From assembly GCA_000092065.1 (NCBI GenBank), contig CP000588.1: a stretch of 64,000 nucleotides of DNA; one strand, given 5' to 3'. The number at the start of each line of letters is the position of its first letter. The stretch's first letter is position 1. This stretch comes from Ostreococcus lucimarinus (Eukaryota). Positions 20,396 to 29,773 of the stretch are shown here, one piece after another. The notes under the pieces were generated by a model. It ran no database searches, was not told where the DNA came from, and saw nothing but the letters and a program-made list of their open reading frames with translations. The position numbers were made by a program, and so were the translations under genes.

Positions 20396-21625
20396 GCGGC
20401 GATAGGTCGACGACGCGCGCGCGAACCGAACGCGCGACGACGCGGAGACGCGTGCGTGCGGTACAACACGCCCGCGGGCGTGGGGAGGAAGGCGGACGAT
20501 CCTCTGGGGGTGTTCAGGCTGGAGTACGACATCTCGATGGACGAGGCGCATCGACCGAAGACGTGGAAGCCGACGGTCACGGTGGCGGTGAGCGGCGCGG
20601 CGGGGCAGATTTCGAATCACTTGTTGTTTAAGATCGCGAGTGGGTCGGTGTTCGGACACGATCAGCCGGTGGTGTTGAGATTGCTCGGGAGCGAGCGGTC
20701 GAGACAGGCGCTGGAGGGGGTGGCGATGGAGCTGGAGGATTGCTTGTTTCCGTTGTTGCGCGAGGTCGACATCGGCATCGACTGCAGGAAAGTCTTCGCG
20801 GGCGCGGATTGGGCGCTGTTGATCGGGGCGAAGCCGCGTGGACCGGGGATGGAGCGCGGAGATTTGCTTGAGATGAATGGGGCGATTTTCGTCGATCAAG
20901 GCAAGGCGTTGAACGAGGTGGCGAAGCCGACGTGCAAGGTCATCGTCGTCGGGAACCCTTGCAACACGAACGCGCTCATCGCGCTGTCGCACGCGCCCAA
21001 CTTGGATCCGCGCAACTTCCACGCGTTGACCAAGCTCGACGAAAACAGAGCAAAGTGTCAACTCGCGCTCAAGGCGGGCGTGTTCTACGAAACCGTGAGT
21101 AACGTCGTCATTTGGGGCAACCACTCCACGACGCAGGTGCCGGATTTCGTCAACGCCAAGATCGACGGTAAGAAAGCCACCGAAGTCATCACCGATCAAG
21201 ACTGGCTCGAGAACGACTTCACTCCCGCGATTCAAACCCGCGGCGGGTTGCTGATCAAAAAGTGGGGTCGCTCTTCCGCGGCGTCCACGGCGGTGTCCAT
21301 CGCCGATCACATCAGAAATTTGGTCAACCCGACGCCGGAGGGCGACTGGTTCTCCACAGCCGTGCTCAGTAACGGTAACCCGTACGGCATCCAAGACGGC
21401 ATCGTTTACTCCTTCCCGTGCCGCTCCAAGGGCGATGGTTCGTACGAAATCGTTCCCGGTTTAGAAGTGAACGACTGGCTTCGCGAGCGCATGAAGAAGA
21501 GCGAAGAAGAGCTCACCAGCGAAAAGGGCTGCGTCGGCCACCTCGTCGGGGAAGCGCACGTTGACGTCCCAGACGCAGGGTGCCCGGTCGATCTCGAAGA
21601 CACTCTTTTGCCAGGTGAAATGTAA
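20300..21625 (+). CDS. NADP-dependent malate dehydrogenase, plastid type
   Basis: [21 protein letters not shown] (NADP Rossmann), [39 protein letters not shown], and the C-terminal extension with a Cys pair (EKGCVGHL...PDAGCPVD) typical of thioredoxin-regulated NADP-MDH. The 5' codons are (ACG/ATG)n microsatellite ([11 protein letters not shown]), so the true start is probably downstream. Confidence 0.85.
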   Translation: MTTTMTTMTTTMTARATTTTRARTTTTTTTTRAAIGRRRAREPNARRRGDACVRYNTPAGVGRKADDPLGVFRLEYDISMDEAHRPKTWKPTVTVAVSGAAGQISNHLLFKIASGSVFGHDQPVVLRLLGSERSRQALEGVAMELEDCLFPLLREVDIGIDCRKVFAGADWALLIGAKPRGPGMERGDLLEMNGAIFVDQGKALNEVAKPTCKVIVVGNPCNTNALIALSHAPNLDPRNFHALTKLDENRAKCQLALKAGVFYETVSNVVIWGNHSTTQVPDFVNAKIDGKKATEVITDQDWLENDFTPAIQTRGGLLIKKWGRSSAASTAVSIADHIRNLVNPTPEGDWFSTAVLSNGNPYGIQDGIVYSFPCRSKGDGSYEIVPGLEVNDWLRERMKKSEEELTSEKGCVGHLVGEAHVDVPDAGCPVDLEDTLLPGEM

Positions 21626-21959
21626 GCGGCACACGCGAGCAGATGAAAAGAGTCCCGTTGACTCGTGCGCTCGCTCGACGCAACTTACGCATATTGAATC
21701 AAAACCACATCGTTGCATAACCATTTCAATAACATCAATATTCTGGTATAATAACCAACGCGACCACTGCGCGCGCCGACGAGAAAATTCGCCGCGTTCA
21801 CCGTCGGCGGCGAGGCGCACGGGGTGGGCGAGGTGCGAAGACGATGCGTCGCTCGGAGAGGCTTCGTTTGATTATGGTTAATACAACTCGGAAGATTTGA
21901 AAAAATAATTTGAACTCGAGCGCGTTTCCGCGAGTGAAACGACTTGAGTTAGTGTCGGT

Positions 21960-22808
21960 TTAGTTTAAAGGTTTACGGCAGACGAAGACGCCCCACGCGA
22001 AGACGCCGTGATCGCGTTGAGTGTCCGCGCGCTCGGTGAGCGACTCGAGCCAATTGTCGAGGTACTTATCCGTCAAACCCTTGGAGAGCATCTCTTCGCG
22101 ATGGGTGTGAATCTGCTTGATCATGTCGCGGAAATACGTTTCCAAGTGATTGCTGCCGTCCCACCACGTGACGTAATCCAGTCCGGCATCCTTCATGCAC
22201 TGCAGGTACGTGGACGGGCGACCCATCACCGTGGTGGCGTTGCGATCGGTGAATCCCTTGAGGGTCTTTTCATCGGCGCCGTCGGCACCCATGATGTCCG
22301 AAAACACGAACGCGGCGCCCGGCTTCAACACGCGCGCGACTTCTTTGAATAATTCGGGCTTATCGCCGGCGTGGCACAACACCTCGCACGACCACGCGCC
22401 GTCGAACGAATTCGTCCAATCCGCCGGAAACGGCTTGTTAATGTCCCCGACGACCGCGTCGACGAGATCGCCCAGGCCGAGCTCCTTCGCCTTGGCGATG
22501 TTCTGCGCGTTTTGTCCCGGTCCAATGTTATATCCCATCACCGAGCATCCGTACTTCTTCGCCAACGCGTGCGATCCGCCGCCGTGCCCGCTTCCGATGT
22601 CCAGCAACTTATCCCCCGCCCCGATCGGTCGCGCCATGTCCAACTGCGTCATCATCCACGCCGTCGTCGCCGCGCTCGACTCGCGCACCCCATCTTTCGC
22701 GTCTCTGTAGATACCAAAGTGAATATCGTCACCACCACCGCCCATGACGATCGTGTAAAACAGTCGCTGCTCGGCTTCGTCGTACTGCTCGAGCACCATC
22801 TTCCCCAC
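21960..22808 (-). CDS. Class-I SAM-dependent methyltransferase, resembling sarcosine/dimethylglycine or phosphoethanolamine N-methyltransferase
   Basis: Motif I LLDIGSGHGGGSHALAKKYGCSVMGYNI, motif II DLVDAVVGD, post-II FDGAWSCEVLCHAGD, motif III LKPGAAFVFSDIM. The whole protein is 282 aa. Confidence 0.6.
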   Translation of the reverse strand: MGKMVLEQYDEAEQRLFYTIVMGGGGDDIHFGIYRDAKDGVRESSAATTAWMMTQLDMARPIGAGDKLLDIGSGHGGGSHALAKKYGCSVMGYNIGPGQNAQNIAKAKELGLGDLVDAVVGDINKPFPADWTNSFDGAWSCEVLCHAGDKPELFKEVARVLKPGAAFVFSDIMGADGADEKTLKGFTDRNATTVMGRPSTYLQCMKDAGLDYVTWWDGSNHLETYFRDMIKQIHTHREEMLSKGLTDKYLDNWLESLTERADTQRDHGVFAWGVFVCRKPLN

Positions 22809-23094
22809 CTCCTCCTTGTCGAACTGTTTCCCGACGAAATCAGCCTGCGAATCGCGCGACGCGATCGTTCGTCAGTCTCGCTTCGCGCGCGCGTCGTCGT
22901 CGTCGTCCTCCGCGCCGTCGCGCGCCGCCGAAGCGTCGCGACGTCGCGACGTCCCGATCGCCGTCGTCGCCGTCGGTTTATCCGGCGCTCGCGTCGCGCG
23001 CGCGTCGCGTCGGCGCGCGCGCGTCGCGTCGGCGCGTCGCGCGCGCGCACCATGATGCGCGTTCGCCGTCTCGGTCGCGATCGAGCGCGTCGCG

Positions 23095-24081
23095 GTGTGC
23101 GCGCGCGACGCGACGCTTCGCTTCGGTCGTCACAATCGACCGCGACGGTTCGCGACGCGGCGACGCCGCGCGACGCCGCGCGAGCCTCGCGCGCGCGCGC
23201 GGCGACGACGACCGCGACGCATGAGCGTGCGCGCGCGCGCGGCGGCGTTCGCCGCGGGAACGGCGCGACCGATCGACGGCGACGCGCCGGCGACGCGCGA
23301 GGACGCGCGCGCGCGAAACGCGACGAGGACGACGACGACGACGACGACGACGCGCGACGACGCGACGACGGAGGGCTCGGGGACGCGCGTCGACGCGTCG
23401 ACGGCGCGCGCGCGAGGCGCGGCGACGCGCGAGGAAGGCGCGAGCGGGACGCGCGGCGACGCCGCGCGGTTCGAGCGCGCGTTTGAAAAGGCGTGCGACG
23501 CGTTGGCGCTCGCGCGGGCGATCGAGGCGACGGTGCGACGGGAAACGGTTTGGACGGGACGAAGCTCGGCGCGCGAGCGCGCGCGGGCGAGATCGTTGGC
23601 GGCGGAGCGGGCGTACGAAGCCGTCGCGGAGCGACCCGGCGTAACCGTCGACGCGAAGCGCGACGAACGCGCGAGGCCGGCGTCGAGCGGTCGAACGACG
23701 GCGACGGCGCGCGAGGAGGAAGATACGTCGATGAGTGTCGTGCGGTCGTTTTCGTTCGCGCGGGACGAGGTCGACGGTGACGATGGCGACGTCGGCGACG
23801 CGGACGCCGACGAAGACGAACCGTCGCGAGAGGCGTTCGAGGACGACGGCGGCGAATCAGGCGCGCTGCGCGAGATCGCGCGCGCGCGTCGCGAGATCGC
23901 GAGCTTACTCGCCGACTCTCGGAGCGACGCCGCGCGCGGCCGTCCACGACGCCTCGACGCGGAGACGCCCGCGGAGACGCGAACCGTCGCCTCGCCGAAT
24001 CGCCGCGTCGAAAAAACCATCGTCATGGATCGAATCGCCATGATCGACGGCATCTTAGCCGCGCTCGCGGAGGATCGATGA
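23095..24081 (+). CDS. Hypothetical acidic low-complexity protein (uncertain)
   Basis: High-GC3 frame ending ...SPNRRVEKTIVMDRIAMIDGILAALAEDR with an Asp/Glu-rich tract. At least three other long ORFs overlap it on both strands, and it contains a (GAC)n microsatellite at ~23335-23365. The frame choice is tentative. Confidence 0.2.
   Translation: MCARDATLRFGRHNRPRRFATRRRRATPREPRARARRRRPRRMSVRARAAAFAAGTARPIDGDAPATREDARARNATRTTTTTTTTRDDATTEGSGTRVDASTARARGAATREEGASGTRGDAARFERAFEKACDALALARAIEATVRRETVWTGRSSARERARARSLAAERAYEAVAERPGVTVDAKRDERARPASSGRTTATAREEEDTSMSVVRSFSFARDEVDGDDGDVGDADADEDEPSREAFEDDGGESGALREIARARREIASLLADSRSDAARGRPRRLDAETPAETRTVASPNRRVEKTIVMDRIAMIDGILAALAEDR
23335..23365. repeat. 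(GAC)n microsatellite
   Basis: gaggacgacgacgacgacgacgacgacg. Confidence 0.9.
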
Positions 24082-24221
24082 TGCGTTCGGTCGTGTCGTA
24101 TCGTATCGCATCGCGACGCAACGCGCGTCCATCTTCGCGGCGCACCGTGTAATCTACTTCTAGAGTCTATAGCCCGCGACGGCTTCGCGACGCGCGTCCC
24201 CGGCTCGCCTTCGCCCATCTC

Positions 24222-24632
24222 TCAGTCCTCTCCCATGCGAAACCCGATCGGGTCTCGATGCGCCCCCGTTCCCAGGCAATCCATGCACACGCTTCGTCCC
24301 GAGCCTCGGCAGTCGACGCACCATCGCGGCCACGCGCCGCGCGCCTGCACCTCGCCGTCCCGTCTCGCGTTCTCCCGCCCTCGCGCCTCGCACCGCGCGC
24401 ACGCCCGCGTCCCGAATCCATCGCACGCCGCGCACGTCCTCTTACCCTCGGGCGTCGCCCGCGCGCGCTCGAACGCGCGCGGGCGCGCCCACGTCGACGC
24501 GTCGTCGTCGTCGTCGCTCGCGGCGCGCGGCGTCGCGCGCGGACGCGCACCGCGCGGCGTCGCGCGCGCGCGGCGACCGGCGACCGGCGCGGCGACGACG
24601 ACGGCGCGCGGCGCCGCGCGCGACGTCGCCAT
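24222..24632 (-). CDS. Small DnaJ-type zinc-finger protein with four CxxCxGxG repeats, BSD2-like plastid assembly factor
   Basis: MATSRAAPRAVVVAAPVAGRRARATPRG... (transit-peptide-like), then CAACDGFG / CARCEARG / CVDCRGSG / CMDCLGTG. It is ~136 aa and lies at the 3' end of the artefactual 710-aa ORF 24222..26354. GC3 is strongly biased in this frame. Confidence 0.5.
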   Translation of the reverse strand: MATSRAAPRAVVVAAPVAGRRARATPRGARPRATPRAASDDDDDASTWARPRAFERARATPEGKRTCAACDGFGTRACARCEARGRENARRDGEVQARGAWPRWCVDCRGSGRSVCMDCLGTGAHRDPIGFRMGED

Positions 24633-24744
24633 GCGCGTCGACGCGCGCGCGCGGTGCGCGTCTCCGCGCGCGACGACCACTGGCGACATCACAACACGGC
24701 GCGCGCGCGAACGCGGACGAACGCGCGCGCGGCGCGCGGACGCG

Positions 24745-25554
24745 ATGCGCGGACGAGCGATGCGCGCGTGCGCGGAGACGATCGGCGCGATGCGCCGCGG
24801 CGCGACGCGCGCGGAACGCGGCGCGATCGGACGGTGGTTGATTTCGAGCCGCGATGACGATCGAAGCGCTGGCGCGACGCGCGAGCGCGCGAACGCGCTC
24901 GAGACGCGACCGCGGACGTACGCCAACGCGTCGCGAGCGTTCGGGGCGTCGCGCACGGTGGAACAGTGGAGCGAACTCGCGGAACGGGGGGTGGACGTGA
25001 ATCCGTGCAATAGCCCGAAACACCCGGCGGCGCTGGCGGGAGTGCAGACGGCGTTCGACGCCGGACGCACGCGAAGGAGCCTGCAGGAGGCGTATGATCC
25101 GCATTGTATCGATTTCGTGTGCGGACGCGCGCACGACACGGCGGGGAAGATTGGATTGGTGTCGTATCGATGCGAAAACGAGGAAAACGTGCTCGAGTCG
25201 CACTTGAAGTTTCCGTCGCAGTACGAAGAGTTTCCAGGAATCATCGGACCGGCGATGTACGGCGTCGCGGCGAGCGCGCATGGAAATTGGGCGGCGTCGA
25301 TCGCGCTGATGGACCGCGCGATCCTACCGAGACCGCCGTTGGTGGCGGTGAAATCGCTCGCGGTGAGCGTCGTCGACTTGGTCGGTCCGGGCGAGCCCTT
25401 GACGTTACGATCGCGATTGCTCGAGGTCGAGGACGCGCGCGAACCGTTCCGCGTCGTCGTCGAGATCGAGATCAAATCCAAAGCCACGTCAAAAGTCGTC
25501 GCTCGAGCGGAGTGTTCGTACGAAAAAATCGGCGCCGTGCGTTCGATGCGGTGA
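24745..25554 (+). CDS. Hotdog-fold thioesterase-superfamily (PaaI/4HBT-like) protein
   Basis: GIIGPAMYGVAASAHGNWAASIALMDRA fits the HGG..A.L.D thioesterase motif. LVAVKSLAVSVVDLVGPGEPLTLRSRLLEVEDAREPFRVVVEIEIK fits the central beta-sheet. The ATG (24745, 24760 or 24790) is uncertain; upstream the ORF is low-complexity. Confidence 0.35.
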   Translation: MRGRAMRACAETIGAMRRGATRAERGAIGRWLISSRDDDRSAGATRERANALETRPRTYANASRAFGASRTVEQWSELAERGVDVNPCNSPKHPAALAGVQTAFDAGRTRRSLQEAYDPHCIDFVCGRAHDTAGKIGLVSYRCENEENVLESHLKFPSQYEEFPGIIGPAMYGVAASAHGNWAASIALMDRAILPRPPLVAVKSLAVSVVDLVGPGEPLTLRSRLLEVEDAREPFRVVVEIEIKSKATSKVVARAECSYEKIGAVRSMR

Positions 25555-25755
25555 TATCGTCCAACGCTCTTCGCTCGCCGCGGCGACGCCCGAGCCCCGA
25601 CTTCGACCTTCCCCGATCCCGCGCGATTCCCTTTCACCGTTTTGTACGCTGTTGTACCGTGTATAGCCGTCATCATGTAGTTTAGAGCAGCACGCACGCT
25701 CACGCTCGCCGGTTCGCCGACGCCCTCGCGCCGCTCTCGGGAAACCCTTTCACCC

Positions 25756-28700
25756 TTGGACCATCGCGCCTCCTGCCAGCACACGCGCGCGCGCACGACC
25801 GTCCTCGACGCGTCCCGCGCGCACGTGGACACGCGCACATCGTCGACGTCGACCGCGCGCGCGATGCCGCACGCCGTCGGCGCGCCGCGCGGCGCCGCCG
25901 CCGCGATCGGGACGAAAAGGTGGGCGAACGACCATCGACGCGACGTCGCGCGAGCTGGACGCGTTTCGCGCGCCGCGGGACGACGCGCGAGCGCGTCGAA
26001 CTCGGTGACGTCCGTGGACGTGCGCGCGCGCGCGCGCGCTGGGGCGGTGCGACGGAACGGTGGAGACGCGCGCGACGTCGCGGCGGCGGCGGCGAGCGAC
26101 GAAGCGGCGACGGAGCGAGCGGGCGCCGCGGCGCGCGAGGGGGTCGTCGCGAAGGCTGGTAAGAGCACCGTGAACGTCACGAACGCTGGACCGAGCTTGG
26201 AGAGCATTCTGCGATCGAAGAGCGGGTTTACGAAGATTTTGTGCGCGAACCGCGGAGAGATCGCGGTTCGAGTGTTTCGAGCGGGGACCGAGTTGGGGAT
26301 GCAAACCGTGGCGGTGTTCGCCGAAGCCGATCGACAGTCGACGCATAGGTACAAATCCGATGAATCGTACGAGGTCGGTCACGGCAAGGCGCCGGTGGCG
26401 GCGTATTTGGATTACGAATCCATCATTCGCTGCGCCAAGGAGAACGGGGCGCAGGCTATTCATCCGGGCTACGGATTTTTGAGCGAAAACGCCGCCTTTG
26501 CGCGACGATGCGAGGAAGAAGGGATCGTGATGATCGGGCCGAAGTCGCAAACGTTGACGGAGATGGGCGATAAGGTGATCGCCAAGGCGAAAGCGAAGGA
26601 GTGTGGGTTGCCGCTCGTGCCGGGGACTGAAGAGGCGACGGCGGACGTCAACGATGCCTTGGAATTCGCCAAGGAGTTCGGAATGCCAATCATGCTCAAG
26701 GCCGCGATGGGCGGTGGTGGTCGCGGTATGCGTGTTGTCAAGGAGTACTCCGAGCTCGAAGATGCGTTCAAGCGCGCTTCGAGCGAGGCACAGACTGCGT
26801 TCGGCGACGGGAGAATGTTTTTGGAACGTTACGTCGAGGCGCCGCGACACATCGAGGTGCAAATTCTAGCCGACAACTACGGTAACGTCGTTCACTTGGG
26901 CGAGCGCGATTGTTCCGTGCAACGTCGTCACCAAAAAGTTGTCGAGTTGGCGCCCGCGCCCAACCTTGACCCAGTGCTTCGCCAAAGATTATTTGACGAC
27001 GCCGTGGCGCTCGCCAAGCATGTCAACTATCGCAACGCCGGCACGGTGGAGTTCATGGTTGATAAGCAAGGGCGTCACTATTTTTTGGAAGTGAACCCGC
27101 GCATCCAAGTAGAACACACTGTGACGGAAGAAGTCACTGGGATCGATTTGGTGCAATCGCAGATATTGATCGCAGGTGGTCAAAAGTTGTCCGACATCGG
27201 TATCAAGTCCCAAGACGACATTCAGCTTCGCGGCTTCGCGATGCAGTGCAGAATCACCACCGAAGACCCGTCCATGAACTTCTCTCCGGATTTCGGCAAA
27301 GTTGAGGTCTACCGTCCTCCGGGCGGTATGGGTGTGCGTTTGGATGGTGAAGTCGTGGTCGGTTCGCGAGTGTCACCCAACTACGATTCGCTCCTCGTCA
27401 AGCTCACGTGCTCGGAGAAGAACTTTGAAGCAACCGTGCAAAAGATGTATCGATCGCTCAATGAATTCCGTATTCGCGGCGTGAAGACAAACATTCCGTT
27501 CCTGATGAACGTTTTGTCCAGCGAAACGTTCTTGAGCGCGAACTTTGCCACGGACTTTATCGATAGCACTCCGAGCTTGTTCAAGTTGGACTCGTACATC
27601 GATGACACGCAGAAGCTTCTCAATTACCTCGGTGACGTTGCCGTGAACGGTTCGTCGCACCCTGGTGCGGTCGGTCCCGCGCCGACGTGCGCGGAACCGC
27701 CAGTTCCCGAACCGAAGAAGTCTTTAGCGCAGCTCAAGGACACCGGGTTCAAGGCTATTTTGGACAAGGAGGGTCCGGCGGCGTTCGCCAAAGCGGTTCG
27801 CCAGCACAAGGGCTTGCTCATCATGGATACGACGTGGCGGGACGCGCACCAGTCGCTCTTGGCGACGCGCGTGCGGACGCACGACCTTCGTCGTTCGGCA
27901 CCACTCACGCGAAGCGCCCTCAGTGGCGCGTATTCGCTTGAGATGTGGGGTGGCGCCACCTTCGACGTCGCGCTTCGATTCTTGCAAGAGGATCCGTGGA
28001 GGCGACTCGAGCTTCTTCGTGAGCAAGTGCCAAACATCCCATTTCAAATGCTTCTTCGCGGCGCCAACGCGGTCGGTTATACTTCGTACGCGGACAACGT
28101 CGTGCAAAGCTTCGTGCACCAAGCGCGCAAGTCTGGTATCGATGTTTTCCGCGTTTTTGACTCGCTCAACTACGAAGATAACCTCATGTTTGGCATCGAC
28201 GCCGTGCGCAACGCCGACGGCGTCGTTGAAGCGACAATTTGCTACACTGGTGACGTGAGCGATCCGAAGAAGACTAAATATACGCTGGACTATTATGTCG
28301 ACCTCACGACCAAGCTCGTTGAGCACGGTATTGATGTGCTCGCCGTGAAGGACATGGCTGGTTTGTTGAAGCCGCGCGCCGCGACGATGTTGATCTCCGC
28401 CATTCGCGCCAAGTTTCCCGACTTGCCCATCCATGTGCACACCCACGACACCGCTTCAACGGGCGTGGCTTCCATGCTCGCTGCTGCCGCGGCAGGTGCG
28501 GATGTTGTCGATGTGTGCATGGACGCCATGGCTGGCACGACGTCCCAACCCGCCATCGGCGCCGTGATCAACTCAGTCGCGGGCACCGAGCTCGACACCG
28601 GATTGGATATCGATGAAGTGCTCAAGCTCAACTTGTTCTGGGAACAAACGAGAGGTCTGTACTCTCCGTACGAGAGCGGTATTAAAAGCGGAAGCTCAGA

Positions 28701-29697
28701 TGTGTACATTCACGAGATGCCCGGTGGTCAATACACCAACTTGAAGTTCCAAGCGTACGCCAACGGACTCGGAAGCGAATGGGATCGCATCAAGGATTCG
28801 TACGCGACGGCGAATAAGATCTTGGGTGACATCGTGAAGGTGACGCCGTCTTCCAAGGTCGTCGGTGATTTCGCGCAATTTCTCGTCGCGAACAACCTGG
28901 ATGAGCACTCCGTGGTGGAAAAAGCTGACACGTTGTCCTTCCCGACTTCCGTCGTCGAGTACTTCCAAGGATACCTGGGCCAACCCGTCGGTGGCTTCCC
29001 CGAACCGCTTCGCTCGCGAGTGGTGAAGAACAAGGAAATCATCGCCGGTCGTCCTGGGGCGTCGCTTCCCAGCATGGACATCAACAAGTTACAAAACGAG
29101 CTGTCCATCAAGCACACCGGCCGTCGATCGATCACGCACAAGGATGCGCTCGCGGCGGCTTTGTACCCGAAGGTGTTCGACGAGTACGTCGTGAAGCGCG
29201 ACACCGTCGGGCCGGTCGGTTTGCTCCCGACCAAGGCGTTCTTGAAGGGATTGGACATCGATGAAGAGATCGAAGTCACCACCGATCGCGGTGTGAGCAC
29301 GAACATCAAGCTTAAGGCTGTCGGTGAGCTGTTGCCAAGCGGCAACCGCGAAGTGTTCTTTGAAGTCAACGCGATTCCGCGCGTCGTCGAGATCCACGAC
29401 AGAAAGATTCTCGAGAGCGCCTCCAAGGGCGGCGGCGGCGCAGTCGCTCGCGAGAAGAGCGATCCACTCGACCCGGGCTCGGTCGGCGCCCCGATGTCAG
29501 GGTCCGTCGTCGAAGTCCTCGTCGCTCCCGGTCAAAAGATTAAAGCGGGCGAGCCCATCGTCGTGTTGAGCGCGATGAAGATGGAAACGACCGTCGCTTC
29601 TCCCGTCGCCGGCACCCTCAAGCACGTCGGCGTCGTCAAAGGCGACACGTGCGCCGCCGGCGATTTAATGTGCGCCATCGACGTCGACGCCGCGTAA
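25756..29697 (+). CDS. Pyruvate carboxylase (biotin carboxylase, carboxyltransferase and biotinyl domains)
   Basis: ILCANRGEIAVRVFRA, GYGFLSEN, MLKAAMGGGGRGMRVV, HIEVQILADNYGNVVHLGERDCSVQRRHQKVVE; the CT domain FRDAHQSLLATRVRT...HTHDTASTGVAS; the C-terminal biotin site SAMKMET. The N-terminal ~140 aa are a leader. Confidence 0.95.
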   Translation: MDHRASCQHTRARTTVLDASRAHVDTRTSSTSTARAMPHAVGAPRGAAAAIGTKRWANDHRRDVARAGRVSRAAGRRASASNSVTSVDVRARARAGAVRRNGGDARDVAAAAASDEAATERAGAAAREGVVAKAGKSTVNVTNAGPSLESILRSKSGFTKILCANRGEIAVRVFRAGTELGMQTVAVFAEADRQSTHRYKSDESYEVGHGKAPVAAYLDYESIIRCAKENGAQAIHPGYGFLSENAAFARRCEEEGIVMIGPKSQTLTEMGDKVIAKAKAKECGLPLVPGTEEATADVNDALEFAKEFGMPIMLKAAMGGGGRGMRVVKEYSELEDAFKRASSEAQTAFGDGRMFLERYVEAPRHIEVQILADNYGNVVHLGERDCSVQRRHQKVVELAPAPNLDPVLRQRLFDDAVALAKHVNYRNAGTVEFMVDKQGRHYFLEVNPRIQVEHTVTEEVTGIDLVQSQILIAGGQKLSDIGIKSQDDIQLRGFAMQCRITTEDPSMNFSPDFGKVEVYRPPGGMGVRLDGEVVVGSRVSPNYDSLLVKLTCSEKNFEATVQKMYRSLNEFRIRGVKTNIPFLMNVLSSETFLSANFATDFIDSTPSLFKLDSYIDDTQKLLNYLGDVAVNGSSHPGAVGPAPTCAEPPVPEPKKSLAQLKDTGFKAILDKEGPAAFAKAVRQHKGLLIMDTTWRDAHQSLLATRVRTHDLRRSAPLTRSALSGAYSLEMWGGATFDVALRFLQEDPWRRLELLREQVPNIPFQMLLRGANAVGYTSYADNVVQSFVHQARKSGIDVFRVFDSLNYEDNLMFGIDAVRNADGVVEATICYTGDVSDPKKTKYTLDYYVDLTTKLVEHGIDVLAVKDMAGLLKPRAATMLISAIRAKFPDLPIHVHTHDTASTGVASMLAAAAAGADVVDVCMDAMAGTTSQPAIGAVINSVAGTELDTGLDIDEVLKLNLFWEQTRGLYSPYESGIKSGSSDVYIHEMPGGQYTNLKFQAYANGLGSEWDRIKDSYATANKILGDIVKVTPSSKVVGDFAQFLVANNLDEHSVVEKADTLSFPTSVVEYFQGYLGQPVGGFPEPLRSRVVKNKEIIAGRPGASLPSMDINKLQNELSIKHTGRRSITHKDALAAALYPKVFDEYVVKRDTVGPVGLLPTKAFLKGLDIDEEIEVTTDRGVSTNIKLKAVGELLPSGNREVFFEVNAIPRVVEIHDRKILESASKGGGGAVAREKSDPLDPGSVGAPMSGSVVEVLVAPGQKIKAGEPIVVLSAMKMETTVASPVAGTLKHVGVVKGDTCAAGDLMCAIDVDAA

Positions 29698-29773
29698 CGA
29701 CCCAACACAAATCACGCCACCGCAAACGTAATAGCCCATACATCGTTGAAAACGGCCACACCGAAACTTCAGA

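Noticed and set aside
20123-21394. 423-aa minus-strand ORF antisense to NADP-MDH
   Set aside because: It lies entirely within a gene confidently called on the + strand. Its composition is Arg/His/Pro-rich with no motif; it is an antisense open frame.
24222-26354. Full-length 710-aa minus-strand ORF
   Set aside because: Only the terminal 136 codons carry a recognisable domain (4x CxxCxGxG). The remainder overlaps pyruvate carboxylase and a + strand gene and is low complexity.
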